A program made the position numbers and the translations under genes. Below, in pieces: positions 9,107 to 18,801 of a stretch of 64,000 nucleotides of DNA. The notes under the pieces were generated by a model. The model ran no database searches. It was given only the letters and a program-made list of their open reading frames with translations, and was not told where the DNA came from. The DNA is from Psychrobacter sp. (GTDB lineage Bacteria; Pseudomonadota; Gammaproteobacteria; Pseudomonadales; Moraxellaceae). How positions within the stretch are numbered: position 1 is the first letter of the stretch; each line of letters opens with the position of its first letter. Where the stretch lies: contig NZ_JAGLBC010000001.1 of the NCBI RefSeq assembly GCF_018260395.1, positions 4,301 through 68,300 on the forward strand, read 5' to 3'.

Positions 9107-11695
9107 TTATTTGAGACCCGCTTGCTTTAACAAAGCACCCAATGAGCCAATCTTGTTTTCTTCAGTTTTTGGCTTATTAGTAGGTTTGACAGCCTTAGCG
9201 TTTTCTTCACGAGGATTTGTGCGAGCATTAGTACGAGGATTGTTACGAGCATTTTTACTATTGGCTGGTTTGGATTTGTTATTTTTATGCGGTGTACGAG
9301 CAGGTCTAGCTCTATCCTCTACCTTATCAATAGTTGGCTTGGCGGCTGCGGCTACTTCTGGTTTAACAGAGGTAGCTTGATCTGACTTCATGCTAAAGCC
9401 AATACGATTACGCTTAGCGTCCACTGAGATAACACGTACACTGACGATGTCGCCTGGCTTAACTAAGTTCATTGGGTCTTCAACGAAATCATTCGCCATT
9501 TCAGAGATGTGCACTAGACCATCTTGATGAACGCCCACATCAACGAAGCAACCAAAGCCGGTCACGTTAGTCACAACGCCTTCAAGCTGCATACCTTCTT
9601 CTAAATCACTAATGCTATTCACATCATCTCTAAATTGAGCGGTCTTAAATTCAGGACGTGGATCATGAGCAGGTTTTGCAAGCTCTTGCTTAATGGCGGC
9701 AACACTAATATTGTCATCATTGGCCGCCTCAATACCATCTGTCGTTAGGGTATTTATAAAGCTATCATTGCCTAGAACTTCGGTAATTTGTTTACCAGAT
9801 TTAGCTAAAATCTCTTTAACTAAACCATAGCTTTCTGGATGAACGCCTGTGGCATCTAATGGCTCTTCGCCATTACGAATACGTAAGAATCCAGCAGCCT
9901 GTTCAAAAGTTTTAACGCCCAATCTTGGCACGTCTTTTAATTGCTCACGACTGGTAAATGCACCATGTTGTTTACGATAATTCACAATTTGTTGAGCCAC
10001 GTTGCGGTTTAAGCCAGCTATGTGAGCTAAAATAGCAGGGCTGGCGGTGTTTACATCAACACCAACCGCATTCACACAATCTTGAGTCACTTTATCGAGG
10101 CTATCAGACAATTGCGATTGGTTAACATCATGCTGGTATTGACCGACGCCAATGGCTTTAGGCTCAACTTTAACCAGCTCAGATAATGGATCTTGCAAAC
10201 GGCGAGCGATAGAGACTGCACCGCGGATAGAGACATCTAAGTCGGCTAGCTCATCACTGGCAAGCTCACTGGCTGAATATACCGAGGCGCCAGATTCATT
10301 AACTATCACAGCCTTAGCCGTTATTGCATCATCAGCATCGATAAGCTCTTTAATCATAGCATCGGTTTCACGGCTTGCTGTCCCATTACCAATTGCCACC
10401 AATTCCACTTGATGTGTTTTTAATAGCTCGGCAATAGTCGCTTTTGCTTCACCCATTTTATTGTCTGGGGCAAATGGATAAACTGTAGCAATAGCTGGCA
10501 TGTTATCGGAATCACGAATGACTTGACCATGCTCATCAATAACTGCCATTTTAACGCCATGACGAATACCAGGGTCAACGCCTAATATGACTTTACGTCC
10601 TGCTGGAGCTGCCATTAATAAATGTTGCAAATTACTAGCAAATACGTCAATCGCATCAGCTTCAGCCGCTAACCGTTTTTCAGTCAATAAACGATGTTCT
10701 AAATGAGGACGCCATTTGTCCTTCCACAAACTATTTGCCGCAGTCACTAAAAACTGACGGTTTGCTTCGGGCTGTTTGGCATCTAATTCGAACTTGCTGA
10801 TAATTTTTTCTATGAAAGGGGCGTCCTCGCCATCAACTTTTAACACCAGCACATTTTCTTGACGGCCACGAAGCATGGCCAAAAGGCGATGATTAGGCAG
10901 GCGTGCTAAGCTTTCGCTATGCTCGAAGTAATCGGCAAATTTCTCTCCCACTTCGCGCTTATCTTCGCTGGCTAAACTTGAGTTAATAGTCGCTATTTTA
11001 GCAAAACCAGTACGTAAGGTATCTAGTAACTCAAGCTCTTGGGTCCAGTTGTCTATAATAATAGCTTCAACACCGGCCAACTGTTTTTCAGCATCTGAGA
11101 AATCAACCTCAATCTCATTACCCATATCATCGGTAACAGTTTCTGGTAATTGATAACCTTCTAAAGCCTCAGTTGGCGTCATCTCAGAAGCTAATAGCTT
11201 GTCAGCGACATCCCCTAGACCTGCTGCACGGGCTTTGGCCGCCAAAGAACGACGACGGGGGCGGTAAGGTAAGTATATGTCTTCTAACTCAAGTTTTGAG
11301 GTAGCTTGCTCAATCCGAGTTTGCAACGCTTCAGTTAGATTGCCTTGGCCTTGTAGTAACTCAAGAATTTTGGCACGACGTGACGCCATGTCACGTTCAT
11401 AATTTAAACCTTTTTCTAAAGCTCGTAGTTGGCTGTCGTCCAGACCTTGCGTTTTTTCTTTACGATAACGGGCAATAAACGGCACCGTGGCACCTTCGTC
11501 GTAAAGCTTAACAAACGCATTGACTTGCGCAGGCTTAATGCCCAGCTCTTTTGCAAGCTTGGTATGAATGTTGGCAATAACATCAGCAGATAGGTAAGTG
11601 TTATCTTCGCTAGCGTGGGTAATTTGGGTATCGGTTTGGTTCATATCCGTATCGAAGTTAATTAATGTGGTTGGCATTATAGCAAAAGCTGACAT
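9107..11695 (-). CDS. tex: transcription accessory protein Tex (S1 RNA-binding domain protein)
   Basis: VPFIARYRKE near the N-terminus, a YqgF-like core, HhH region and C-terminal S1 domain (GVVTNVTGFGCFVDVG). The true start may be 11644 (MNQTDTQ). Confidence 0.9.
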   Translation of the reverse strand: MSAFAIMPTTLINFDTDMNQTDTQITHASEDNTYLSADVIANIHTKLAKELGIKPAQVNAFVKLYDEGATVPFIARYRKEKTQGLDDSQLRALEKGLNYERDMASRRAKILELLQGQGNLTEALQTRIEQATSKLELEDIYLPYRPRRRSLAAKARAAGLGDVADKLLASEMTPTEALEGYQLPETVTDDMGNEIEVDFSDAEKQLAGVEAIIIDNWTQELELLDTLRTGFAKIATINSSLASEDKREVGEKFADYFEHSESLARLPNHRLLAMLRGRQENVLVLKVDGEDAPFIEKIISKFELDAKQPEANRQFLVTAANSLWKDKWRPHLEHRLLTEKRLAAEADAIDVFASNLQHLLMAAPAGRKVILGVDPGIRHGVKMAVIDEHGQVIRDSDNMPAIATVYPFAPDNKMGEAKATIAELLKTHQVELVAIGNGTASRETDAMIKELIDADDAITAKAVIVNESGASVYSASELASDELADLDVSIRGAVSIARRLQDPLSELVKVEPKAIGVGQYQHDVNQSQLSDSLDKVTQDCVNAVGVDVNTASPAILAHIAGLNRNVAQQIVNYRKQHGAFTSREQLKDVPRLGVKTFEQAAGFLRIRNGEEPLDATGVHPESYGLVKEILAKSGKQITEVLGNDSFINTLTTDGIEAANDDNISVAAIKQELAKPAHDPRPEFKTAQFRDDVNSISDLEEGMQLEGVVTNVTGFGCFVDVGVHQDGLVHISEMANDFVEDPMNLVKPGDIVSVRVISVDAKRNRIGFSMKSDQATSVKPEVAAAAKPTIDKVEDRARPARTPHKNNKSKPANSKNARNNPRTNARTNPREENAKAVKPTNKPKTEENKIGSLGALLKQAGLK

Positions 11696-12214
11696 AATAA
11701 AAATGCTTTTGCTTATTTATGTTTCAATCTGGCTGTAAGTCTTGTTTACATTAACAAACCCATACAGCATTACTATGTAATAGGTGTGTAATTTATATCA
11801 TAATCTTATACACTAAATTTAGGTTTAGCGCTCTATCTTGCTAAAAGTTAAAGCTTAACTCAATAAAGCATAGCCTATTGCTAAGTGTAGCATTTGTTAA
11901 GTGTATCTTTTATCAAGTGTATCATTGATTAATACCCATTTGATAACCATATATTAAATAAGGTTTTTGGATATTGGTATTGTATTGAGGCATTATTTAA
12001 CGCTCAATCCCATGATATATAAAATGATGCAATGTATTTACCTATGATAAGTTAGGTATTGCTACTAGGTGAAAGCGTTAAAAAAGCTTCAAGGTTTAAC
12101 ACTAAGTTTAACTAATTAATCAATGAATATAAATCGCAAACTTAATAATTGCAAAACGTATTTTTCCCTTTACCCCTTGGGTTGCTATAATAAAATAAAC
12201 CATAGGAAAATATT

Positions 12215-12961
12215 ATGTCAGACAATAAAATCAACAATACAGACAGTTTAACCCATCGCATATTAGTGGTAGATGATGATGCGCGTTTACGCTCATTACT
12301 ACAACGCTTTCTAGAAGACGACGGCTTTGTAGTTCGTACGGCTCATGACGGTAGCCAAATGGACAAATTGATGCAACGTGAGTTATTTTCATTAGTTGTG
12401 CTCGATCTGATGTTACCAGGCGAAGATGGTATCAGTATCTGTAAGCGTCTACGTGAAGACAATAGCGATATTCCTATTATCATGTTGACTGCCAAAGGCT
12501 CAGACAGTGACCGTATCACCGGATTAGAAGCAGGGGCAGATGATTACTTGCCTAAGCCATTTAATCCCAAAGAGCTACTGGCACGTATTAAAGCTGTGTT
12601 GCGCCGTCACAGTCGTGAATTACCAGGTGCCCCTTCACAGCAAATTGAAGTGGTACAGTTTGGCCCATGGACATTAGATTTATCTACTCGTACGCTAAAA
12701 CGAGATGGCAATGTGGTGACATTAACTACGGGTGAGTTTTCGGTATTAAAAGCTTTGGTTCAGCATCCTCGCGAGCCTTTGACTCGTGATAAGCTAATGA
12801 ATCTAGCGCGCGGACGAGAATGGGGTGCTATGGAACGTTCAATTGACGTTCAGGTATCACGCTTACGCCGTTTGATTGAAGACAATCCTTCTCAGGCGCG
12901 TTATATTCAGACAGTTTGGGGCGTGGGCTATGTTTTTGTTCCGGATGAAGAAGACGCTTAA
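12215..12961 (+). CDS. ompR: OmpR-family two-component response regulator
   Basis: 248 aa. Receiver domain (VVDDD, DLMLPGEDG, LTAKG) plus a winged-helix output domain ending VWGVGYVF. It aligns along its length with E. coli OmpR as I recall it. Confidence 0.85.
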   Translation: MSDNKINNTDSLTHRILVVDDDARLRSLLQRFLEDDGFVVRTAHDGSQMDKLMQRELFSLVVLDLMLPGEDGISICKRLREDNSDIPIIMLTAKGSDSDRITGLEAGADDYLPKPFNPKELLARIKAVLRRHSRELPGAPSQQIEVVQFGPWTLDLSTRTLKRDGNVVTLTTGEFSVLKALVQHPREPLTRDKLMNLARGREWGAMERSIDVQVSRLRRLIEDNPSQARYIQTVWGVGYVFVPDEEDA

Positions 12962-13024
12962 CTAAAGTTGTTGTATTTAAGTTGTTATGTTTAATAAGTT
13001 TGTTCAGTGAATCTACTAAACAAA

Positions 13025-13060
13025 AAGAGGCGCTCTATTAAATATAGAGTGCCTCTTTTA
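13025..13060 (+). terminator. rho-independent terminator after ompR
   Basis: agaggcgctctat / atagagtgcctct hairpin followed by TTTT. Confidence 0.75.
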
Positions 13061-13197
13061 CATTTCCAAGTTACATTATTTATTTATATAAGTCGTATTA
13101 CATATTATTACTTACTCACTGTCATAATCAGTCTAAATATATGAATGAACTAAACCAATAAATAACCAAGTAAATAAATAAACCAATAAATAACCAA

Positions 13198-13464
13198 CTA
13201 TCTCAACTGGCTGTCCTTACTTCCACGTCGGTTATAAAGCTCTTGAGTTCTAAACTGAGCTTCAAGTTCAGACTGACATTTTACACAGTGTTCGACACCA
13301 GGTAGCGCTTGACGACGAGCTTCTGGAATACGGTCACCGCACTCATCACAGAACGCTAAGCTTTCACCTTTTGGCAGAGCTCTTCTTGCCCGTTCAAGAG
13401 CATCATTAATGGTGGCATCCATTTGATCATGTTCAGCGCCATCACGCGCCCATCCTCCAGCCAT
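13198..13464 (-). CDS. ybiI: DksA/TraR-family C4 zinc-finger protein (YbiI-like)
   Basis: CDECGDRIPEARRQALPGVEHCVKC four-Cys finger. The C-terminus NRRGSKDSQLR matches E. coli YbiI as I recall it. I prefer the start at 13464 (MAGGWARDG), which is preceded by AAGGGAG. The ORF track starts at 13482. Confidence 0.8.
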   Translation of the reverse strand: MAGGWARDGAEHDQMDATINDALERARRALPKGESLAFCDECGDRIPEARRQALPGVEHCVKCQSELEAQFRTQELYNRRGSKDSQLR

Positions 13465-13701
13465 AATCAACTCCCTTATCAATCATGATTTGGCCACATA
13501 TAGTTGGGCCTTGTCTATATTTAATGGGGTCTTAGGCGTAATTTTCAAGAACCTATAACTGTTCAAACCAGATATACCATGGCGCAAAAAAAAGGCTATC
13601 TAAACTAGATAACCCTCTTTTACTAGCTAACTCTCTTTTTTTGAGTAATTGGCTAAGCATCCACATTAACTTTTTTCGGCTTAATAAGACTTATCTAAGA
13701 C

Positions 13702-14493
13702 TTATTTAGGCTGTAAGTCAATCACTTGACCTCTTACCCTAATACTGACATCACTCATCAAACATACATAAGCTGGCATGATCTCTTCTGGCGTCTTAAG
13801 GGTCATAGGATTCTCACCAGGATAAGCATGAGCACGCATATTAGTACGGGTAGCACCAGGATTGATACAATTGAAGCGTAAGCTTGTGGTATTTTGGGTC
13901 TCTTGAGTAAAGATATCACTCATGCCCTCAACGGCTTGTTTTGATAGGGCATACGCTCCCCAAAAGGCTCTAGGATGCGAACCAACCGAGCTAGTGGTAA
14001 ACACAAACGATCCATTATCAACGTCTTTTAATAAAGGCATCAATACTTGGGTTAGCATAAAAGTAGCGGTAGTGTTAATACGCATGACTTGCTCAAAAGT
14101 CACGATATCATACATTTCAAGCGGAGTTAAAGCCCCTAGTATACCGGCATTATGCAGTACACCATGAAGCTCGCCAATCTCAGTCTGGATAAGATTTGCC
14201 AACTGCTGCATATCACTATAGCTGGCAGACTCAAGATTCATGGGCATAATAGCTGGCTGTTTGCCACCTGCGGCTTCAATCTCATCATACACCGCTTCTA
14301 ACTTACTTACAGTTTTACCCAACAACAATACGGTAGCCCCATATTTTGCATAAGTTAAGGCAGCCACTCGGCCAATCCCATCACCAGCACCCGTAACTAA
14401 AATAGTTTTACCATTTAAGCAGTTTGGTTCAGGGTTAAAAGTTCGAATTTGGTCATGCGTTAAAAGGGTTTTAGTCATATAGTCACTATTCAT
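13702..14493 (-). CDS. short-chain dehydrogenase/reductase (YciK-like)
   Basis: 263 aa. TGAGDGIGR cofactor motif, NAG, and YALSK (YxxxK). It lies downstream of ubiG and the HAD phosphatase, as in Pseudomonas. Confidence 0.8.
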   Translation of the reverse strand: MNSDYMTKTLLTHDQIRTFNPEPNCLNGKTILVTGAGDGIGRVAALTYAKYGATVLLLGKTVSKLEAVYDEIEAAGGKQPAIMPMNLESASYSDMQQLANLIQTEIGELHGVLHNAGILGALTPLEMYDIVTFEQVMRINTTATFMLTQVLMPLLKDVDNGSFVFTTSSVGSHPRAFWGAYALSKQAVEGMSDIFTQETQNTTSLRFNCINPGATRTNMRAHAYPGENPMTLKTPEEIMPAYVCLMSDVSIRVRGQVIDLQPK

Positions 14494-14670
14494 TTACAGA
14501 CAAATTAGGATAAATTTTTAAATGCTATTAATTTCGAAGACAATCAATTCCAACGACAATCAATTCCAAAGATCATCTATTTTAAAGACCTTGAATAGGT
14601 ATATTATCCGAGGGCAAAGCTGATAGTCTTATGGAAAAATATTTAGTATGAATTATATAAAGACTGAAGG

Positions 14671-15378
14671 CTATAAATAATCAAACTCTTTTGATCGTAA
14701 TAGCTGTACCAAGGCCTTTGGAGTTTCAGCTATATAATCAGCTCCCCATGAACTCAAGTTATCTTGATCTTCAGGAGGAATATAACCATAGCTAGCAAGC
14801 ACATTGGTCATGCCTGCCGCTGCGCCTGCTTGAATATCTCGAATATGATCTCCGACATAAATAACACTATTGGCCACTCCACGTGGTAACCCTAGCTTTT
14901 CTAAAGCAAGGTACATAGGCTCAGGGTCAGGCTTGGTATTGCTCACATCATCAGGGCATACCAAAACTGAACAACGTTCGTCAAGATTGAGACATTCTAG
15001 TAATTTGGTAGCTAAATAGCGGGGTTTATTGGTAACGATGCCCCACGGGATACCATTACTATCATAGAAATCCAAAAGTAATTCGAGCCCTGGGAACACA
15101 TGGCTGTCTACACAGATATCGGCTTCATAGGTATCCAAAAACTGTTGACGATATAGTTGTACTTGCTCGTCATTTAAAGGCTGGTTATTATGTTGAAGCA
15201 TTAAACTAACCATGGCACCCGCACCAGCAGATACCTGCTCACGAATCGATGCAGTTGATGGCGTTTGCCAACCGTTCGCTTCAGACATCTGACCAATAAT
15301 ACGAACAAAGTCAGTTGCAGTATCGATTAAAGTGCCGTCTAAATCAAATAAGACTGCTTTGACATAATTTGTTGACAT
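14671..15378 (-). CDS. HAD-superfamily phosphatase (phosphoglycolate phosphatase / MupP-like)
   Basis: 235 aa. HAD motif I FDLDGTLIDT, motif II VTNK and motif IV VGDHIRD. Its position after ubiG matches the Pseudomonas ubiG-mupP-SDR order. Confidence 0.8.
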   Translation of the reverse strand: MSTNYVKAVLFDLDGTLIDTATDFVRIIGQMSEANGWQTPSTASIREQVSAGAGAMVSLMLQHNNQPLNDEQVQLYRQQFLDTYEADICVDSHVFPGLELLLDFYDSNGIPWGIVTNKPRYLATKLLECLNLDERCSVLVCPDDVSNTKPDPEPMYLALEKLGLPRGVANSVIYVGDHIRDIQAGAAAGMTNVLASYGYIPPEDQDNLSSWGADYIAETPKALVQLLRSKEFDYL

Positions 15379-15496
15379 AGTTTTTTTAATACCCAGAGTA
15401 ATTAAAGTGAGTCTAAATACTTAAATGATAGATGCAGCTACTTATGAATACAGCTTCTAACTACTTTGCCTTGACTAAAACGGCTTAACACGACCT

Positions 15497-16345
15497 TCAT
15501 GCCGGTTTAATGACGGCCATCATATAATTGACATCGACGTTTTGTGCCAACCAATATCGTTTGGTAATAGGGTTGTAATGTAAGCCGATTAAATCTTGAC
15601 GGTTGAAGCCTGCATTAATGGCCATTTTATCGAGTTCAGCAGGTGTAATGAATTTGGCATAATCATGAGTACCACGATCCAATAAACCTAGGACATATTC
15701 AGCACCAATAATTGCAAACAAATAAGACTTAGGATTTCGATTAATGGTTGAAAGCACACAAACCCCACCTGGCTTCAATAAGTCAAAGCAAGCTTGAACA
15801 ATTTGACTCGGGTCAGGGACGTGTTCGAGCATTTCCATACAAGTGATCACATCAAAGCTTTCAGGCTGTTGAGCGGCCAATTGTTCAATTGCAATATGTG
15901 TATAACGTAGACGCTCCGTCAAGTCACTTTGTTCAGCATGAAGACGGGCAGCTTGTAAGTTTTCAAGACCTAAGTCAATGCCAGTAGCACTTGCCCCTCT
16001 GCGTGCCATTGATTCGGTTAAGATACCACCACCGCAGCCAACATCCAGTACAGTTTTGCCCGTTAAACCAGAGCCCATATAGCGAATGACGTTCTCTTCT
16101 ATCCAGTTTAGACGTAGGGGATTAATCTCATGTAAAGTAGCAAATGCACCTTGCTTATCCCACCATTGGCTAGCCAACTGAGTGAATTTACCCACTTCAC
16201 CTAAGTCTACATTATTGCTCATATTGCCGACCTGTTGTTGGTCAAAGCTATCAGTTGTCATGCTATTGCTATCTTTTTCAATATTGCTTGATGAAGTATC
16301 TGTCTGTAAAGGGGTTATGTTGCCCTGCGTATTATTATGGGTCAT
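15497..16345 (-). CDS. ubiG: bifunctional 3-demethylubiquinol 3-O-methyltransferase / 2-polyprenyl-6-hydroxyphenol methylase
   Basis: SAM-binding LDVGCGGGILTE and the conserved FxxxAxxWWD entry. The first roughly 41 residues are a low-complexity extension, and an internal ATG at 16222 aligns with the E. coli start region. Confidence 0.9.
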   Translation of the reverse strand: MTHNNTQGNITPLQTDTSSSNIEKDSNSMTTDSFDQQQVGNMSNNVDLGEVGKFTQLASQWWDKQGAFATLHEINPLRLNWIEENVIRYMGSGLTGKTVLDVGCGGGILTESMARRGASATGIDLGLENLQAARLHAEQSDLTERLRYTHIAIEQLAAQQPESFDVITCMEMLEHVPDPSQIVQACFDLLKPGGVCVLSTINRNPKSYLFAIIGAEYVLGLLDRGTHDYAKFITPAELDKMAINAGFNRQDLIGLHYNPITKRYWLAQNVDVNYMMAVIKPA

Positions 16346-16826
16346 GAGTTAGCCTAAACCTTGAAGTTAGCTGGTTATTTAACGTGGTCGCTCTAAAACG
16401 GGTCGACTGTCTGGTAAAAATGGTATTAATTACTATTACGGGTTTATTATTTAAGATCTATATTACCATGCTTAATAAAATAGAGCACCTTTGAAGGTCA
16501 TACGTTCAGCCAATAAATTACAACATTTAACCTGAATTTCGACATTGGCAATAGGGCTAAATAACGCTTATTGAACCATCTATTAAGGTTTTAGCAAGGC
16601 TTACGGTTCACACAGCCCTGATAAATGGGTTATCATAGCAAAACGTGAATAAGTAGCCATGACTCAGTGGCCTTTCATTAAACTAAAAGATGTAAATTTT
16701 AGGTCAATTGTTAGTGAAATCTGTAGGCATGTCTAGTCTTAATCCTCTAGAAGGCCTTAATATCTGATTGGCGAACTGTAAATTCGATGATATTCTTAAC
16801 TATATACATATTCTTAAGGAATTAAA

Positions 16827-17468
16827 ATGAAGTTTTATTCTCAGCGAGGTTTTGCTTTAGCCTCTTTAGCTGCCGCTGTAGGCCTAGCCTCGATACCCGC
16901 TTCAGCTGCAGATTATGTAGCTGGTAAAGACTATACAGTATTGGATAATCCTGAGGCTATTAGTGGCGATAAAATTATTGTCCGCGAATTCTTCTGGTAC
17001 GGGTGTCCTCATTGCTATGCACTAAATCCGCATATGCAAAAATGGGCAAAGACTAAACCTAGTGATGTGATTTTTATGGAGTCACCAGCTGCGCTTAACC
17101 CAACTTGGGAAGCAAACGCTAGAGGTTTTTATGCCGCACAGCTTATGGGCTACCAAAATCAAACTCATAATAAATTATTTGATGCTATTCACAAAGACAA
17201 CCAACGTCTATTTGACCAAAACTCTTTGTCTAAATGGTATGCAAGCCAAGGCTTAGATCAAAATAAATTCAATAGTCTATATAATTCATTTGCAGTAAGC
17301 ACCAAAATTGCACGTTCTAAAGCAGGCGCCAAGCGTTATCAATTAACTGGTGTGCCCTCTGTAGTCGTACATGGTAAATATGTGGTGCAAGGTGAAGATG
17401 AGAATGTGCCAAAAGTTGTCGATTACTTAGTCAAAAAAGTACGTACTGACTTAAAAGCTGTAAAATAA
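16827..17468 (+). CDS. dsbA: thiol:disulfide interchange protein DsbA
   Basis: 213 aa with a signal peptide (ASAADY) and the FFWYGCPHCY active site. Confidence 0.9.
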   Translation: MKFYSQRGFALASLAAAVGLASIPASAADYVAGKDYTVLDNPEAISGDKIIVREFFWYGCPHCYALNPHMQKWAKTKPSDVIFMESPAALNPTWEANARGFYAAQLMGYQNQTHNKLFDAIHKDNQRLFDQNSLSKWYASQGLDQNKFNSLYNSFAVSTKIARSKAGAKRYQLTGVPSVVVHGKYVVQGEDENVPKVVDYLVKKVRTDLKAVK

Positions 17469-17502
17469 TTTAACAGTTGTAGATTAATAGAGTTTTATTT
17501 AA

Positions 17503-17528
17503 GACCAAGTTAGCTTGGTCTTTTTTTT
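17503..17528 (+). terminator. rho-independent terminator after dsbA
   Basis: gaccaag-ttagc-ttggtc followed by T8. Confidence 0.8.
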
Positions 17529-17558
17529 GTTCTAAAATTTAGTATTAATATTTGTATT

Positions 17559-17627
17559 GATAATGAAGTAAATTATCTTCATAAAAAGTTAAAATATTTA
17601 TTGTAAATAAGAACCGTTATCGTTATC
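17559..17627 (+). promoter_or_regulatory. two Fur-box-like sites upstream of bfd
   Basis: gataatgaagtaaattatc (17559-17577), and the reverse complement of 17606-17627 (gataacgataacggttcttatt), each resemble GATAATGATAATCATTATC at roughly 13-14 of 19 positions by eye. Confidence 0.45.
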
Positions 17628-17703
17628 ATATGAAGCTATAATCACTATTATTTAGAAGGTTATGAATATTTAATTGCCGCTATATTCAGTTGAGGAGTAT
17701 TTC

Positions 17704-17907
17704 ATGATCGTATGTATATGCAATAACGTTAAAGATCGCCAAATTAAAGCGGCTATGGCTTCTGGTATCGATTCCATGAAAGCCTTACAAAATGCGCTTG
17801 ATGTGACCAATTGCTGTGGCTGCTGCGAACCTATGATTAATGACTTATTAGAAGAACATCACGCCAATCAAAGCGATTTGGTAAGCCAGTTAGCCTACGC
17901 AGTATAA
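17704..17907 (+). CDS. bfd: bacterioferritin-associated ferredoxin (BFD-like [2Fe-2S])
   Basis: 67 aa from the ATG at 17704, preceded by GAGGAG. Starts MIVCICNNV and has a later NCCGCC cysteine cluster. It lies upstream of bacterioferritin genes. Confidence 0.85.
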   Translation: MIVCICNNVKDRQIKAAMASGIDSMKALQNALDVTNCCGCCEPMINDLLEEHHANQSDLVSQLAYAV

Positions 17908-18187
17908 GTTTGAAATGTGCTAAAGATTTTCGGTTTTTAGTGTATAGTCTTAAGTTCTATATTGATAAATCCTATCTTTAATTGTTCTAATTTGTAGTAG
18001 CAATGGTTATCATTGTCCCTTATCCCTCTATTCTCAGTTCCAAAAATAACCCTAATCTGCTTTCAAATTTGTTACTATAATTACTTGTAGTAGTCAGATT
18101 TTATAGAGTCACGTCTATTCATAATGAATCTGTTAATTTAAGAATAAAGACATTTAAATATGATGTTTATTAAATAGGATATACACC

Positions 18188-18664
18188 ATGCAAGGCAATC
18201 AAAGAGTTATTGATTACTTAAACTTTCTCCTTGGCGGTGAGCTTGGGGCTCGTGACCAGTATTTTATTCATTCAGAAATGTATGGTGAATGGAACTATGG
18301 CAAGCTATACGATCGCATACATCATGAAATGGAAGATGAAACTGAGCATGCCCAAGCTATAATTCGTCGTATCTTAATGCTTAATGGTAAACCAGATATG
18401 ACGGTAGATGCTATTACCATAGGCAGCACCGTCCCTGAAATGTTACAACTTGATTTAAATCTTGAATATAAAGTACAAAAACATTTAAAAGAAGCGATTG
18501 CACTGTGCGAGCAAGAGCAAGACTTCGTAACTCGTGATATGTTGGTTTCACAACTAGAAGATACTGAAGAGGATCATGCTCATTGGTTAGAACAACAACT
18601 TCGCTTGATTGATATGATTGGACTTCAAAACTACTTACAAAGCCAAATTGGGGATATATCCTAA
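18188..18664 (+). CDS. bfr: bacterioferritin subunit, ferroxidase-competent type lacking the heme-ligand Met
   Basis: 158 aa. Aligned to E. coli Bfr, the equivalents of E18, E51, H54, E94, E127 and H130 are all present, but position 52 is Thr ([10 protein letters not shown]). Confidence 0.85.
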   Translation: MQGNQRVIDYLNFLLGGELGARDQYFIHSEMYGEWNYGKLYDRIHHEMEDETEHAQAIIRRILMLNGKPDMTVDAITIGSTVPEMLQLDLNLEYKVQKHLKEAIALCEQEQDFVTRDMLVSQLEDTEEDHAHWLEQQLRLIDMIGLQNYLQSQIGDIS

Positions 18665-18801
18665 ATCTGATATATCAAAAATGACATATCGGAAAACCGT
18701 TATATAAAGCCAAGTTTGGATAGATAGCTTACCCTTTATAAGCTAAAAATATATAAGCTAAAAATAAGCTAAAGCAAATTTTATATGAGTTGGAGTTGGT
18801 T

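Noticed and set aside
9107-9380. Basic, repetitive C-terminal tail of Tex (…NSKNARNNPRTNARTNPREENAKAV…GSLGALLKQAGLK), which looked like an unusual extension.
   Set aside because: E. coli Tex, as I recall it, also ends with a basic low-complexity tail after the S1 domain and a similar short amphipathic terminus. This is therefore family-typical.
9096-9380. 94-aa plus-strand ORF rich in Leu, Ala and Arg.
   Set aside because: It lies entirely antisense to the Tex tail. Its composition mirrors the complementary codons of the Lys/Asn/Ala-rich tail, and it has no start context. I consider it spurious.
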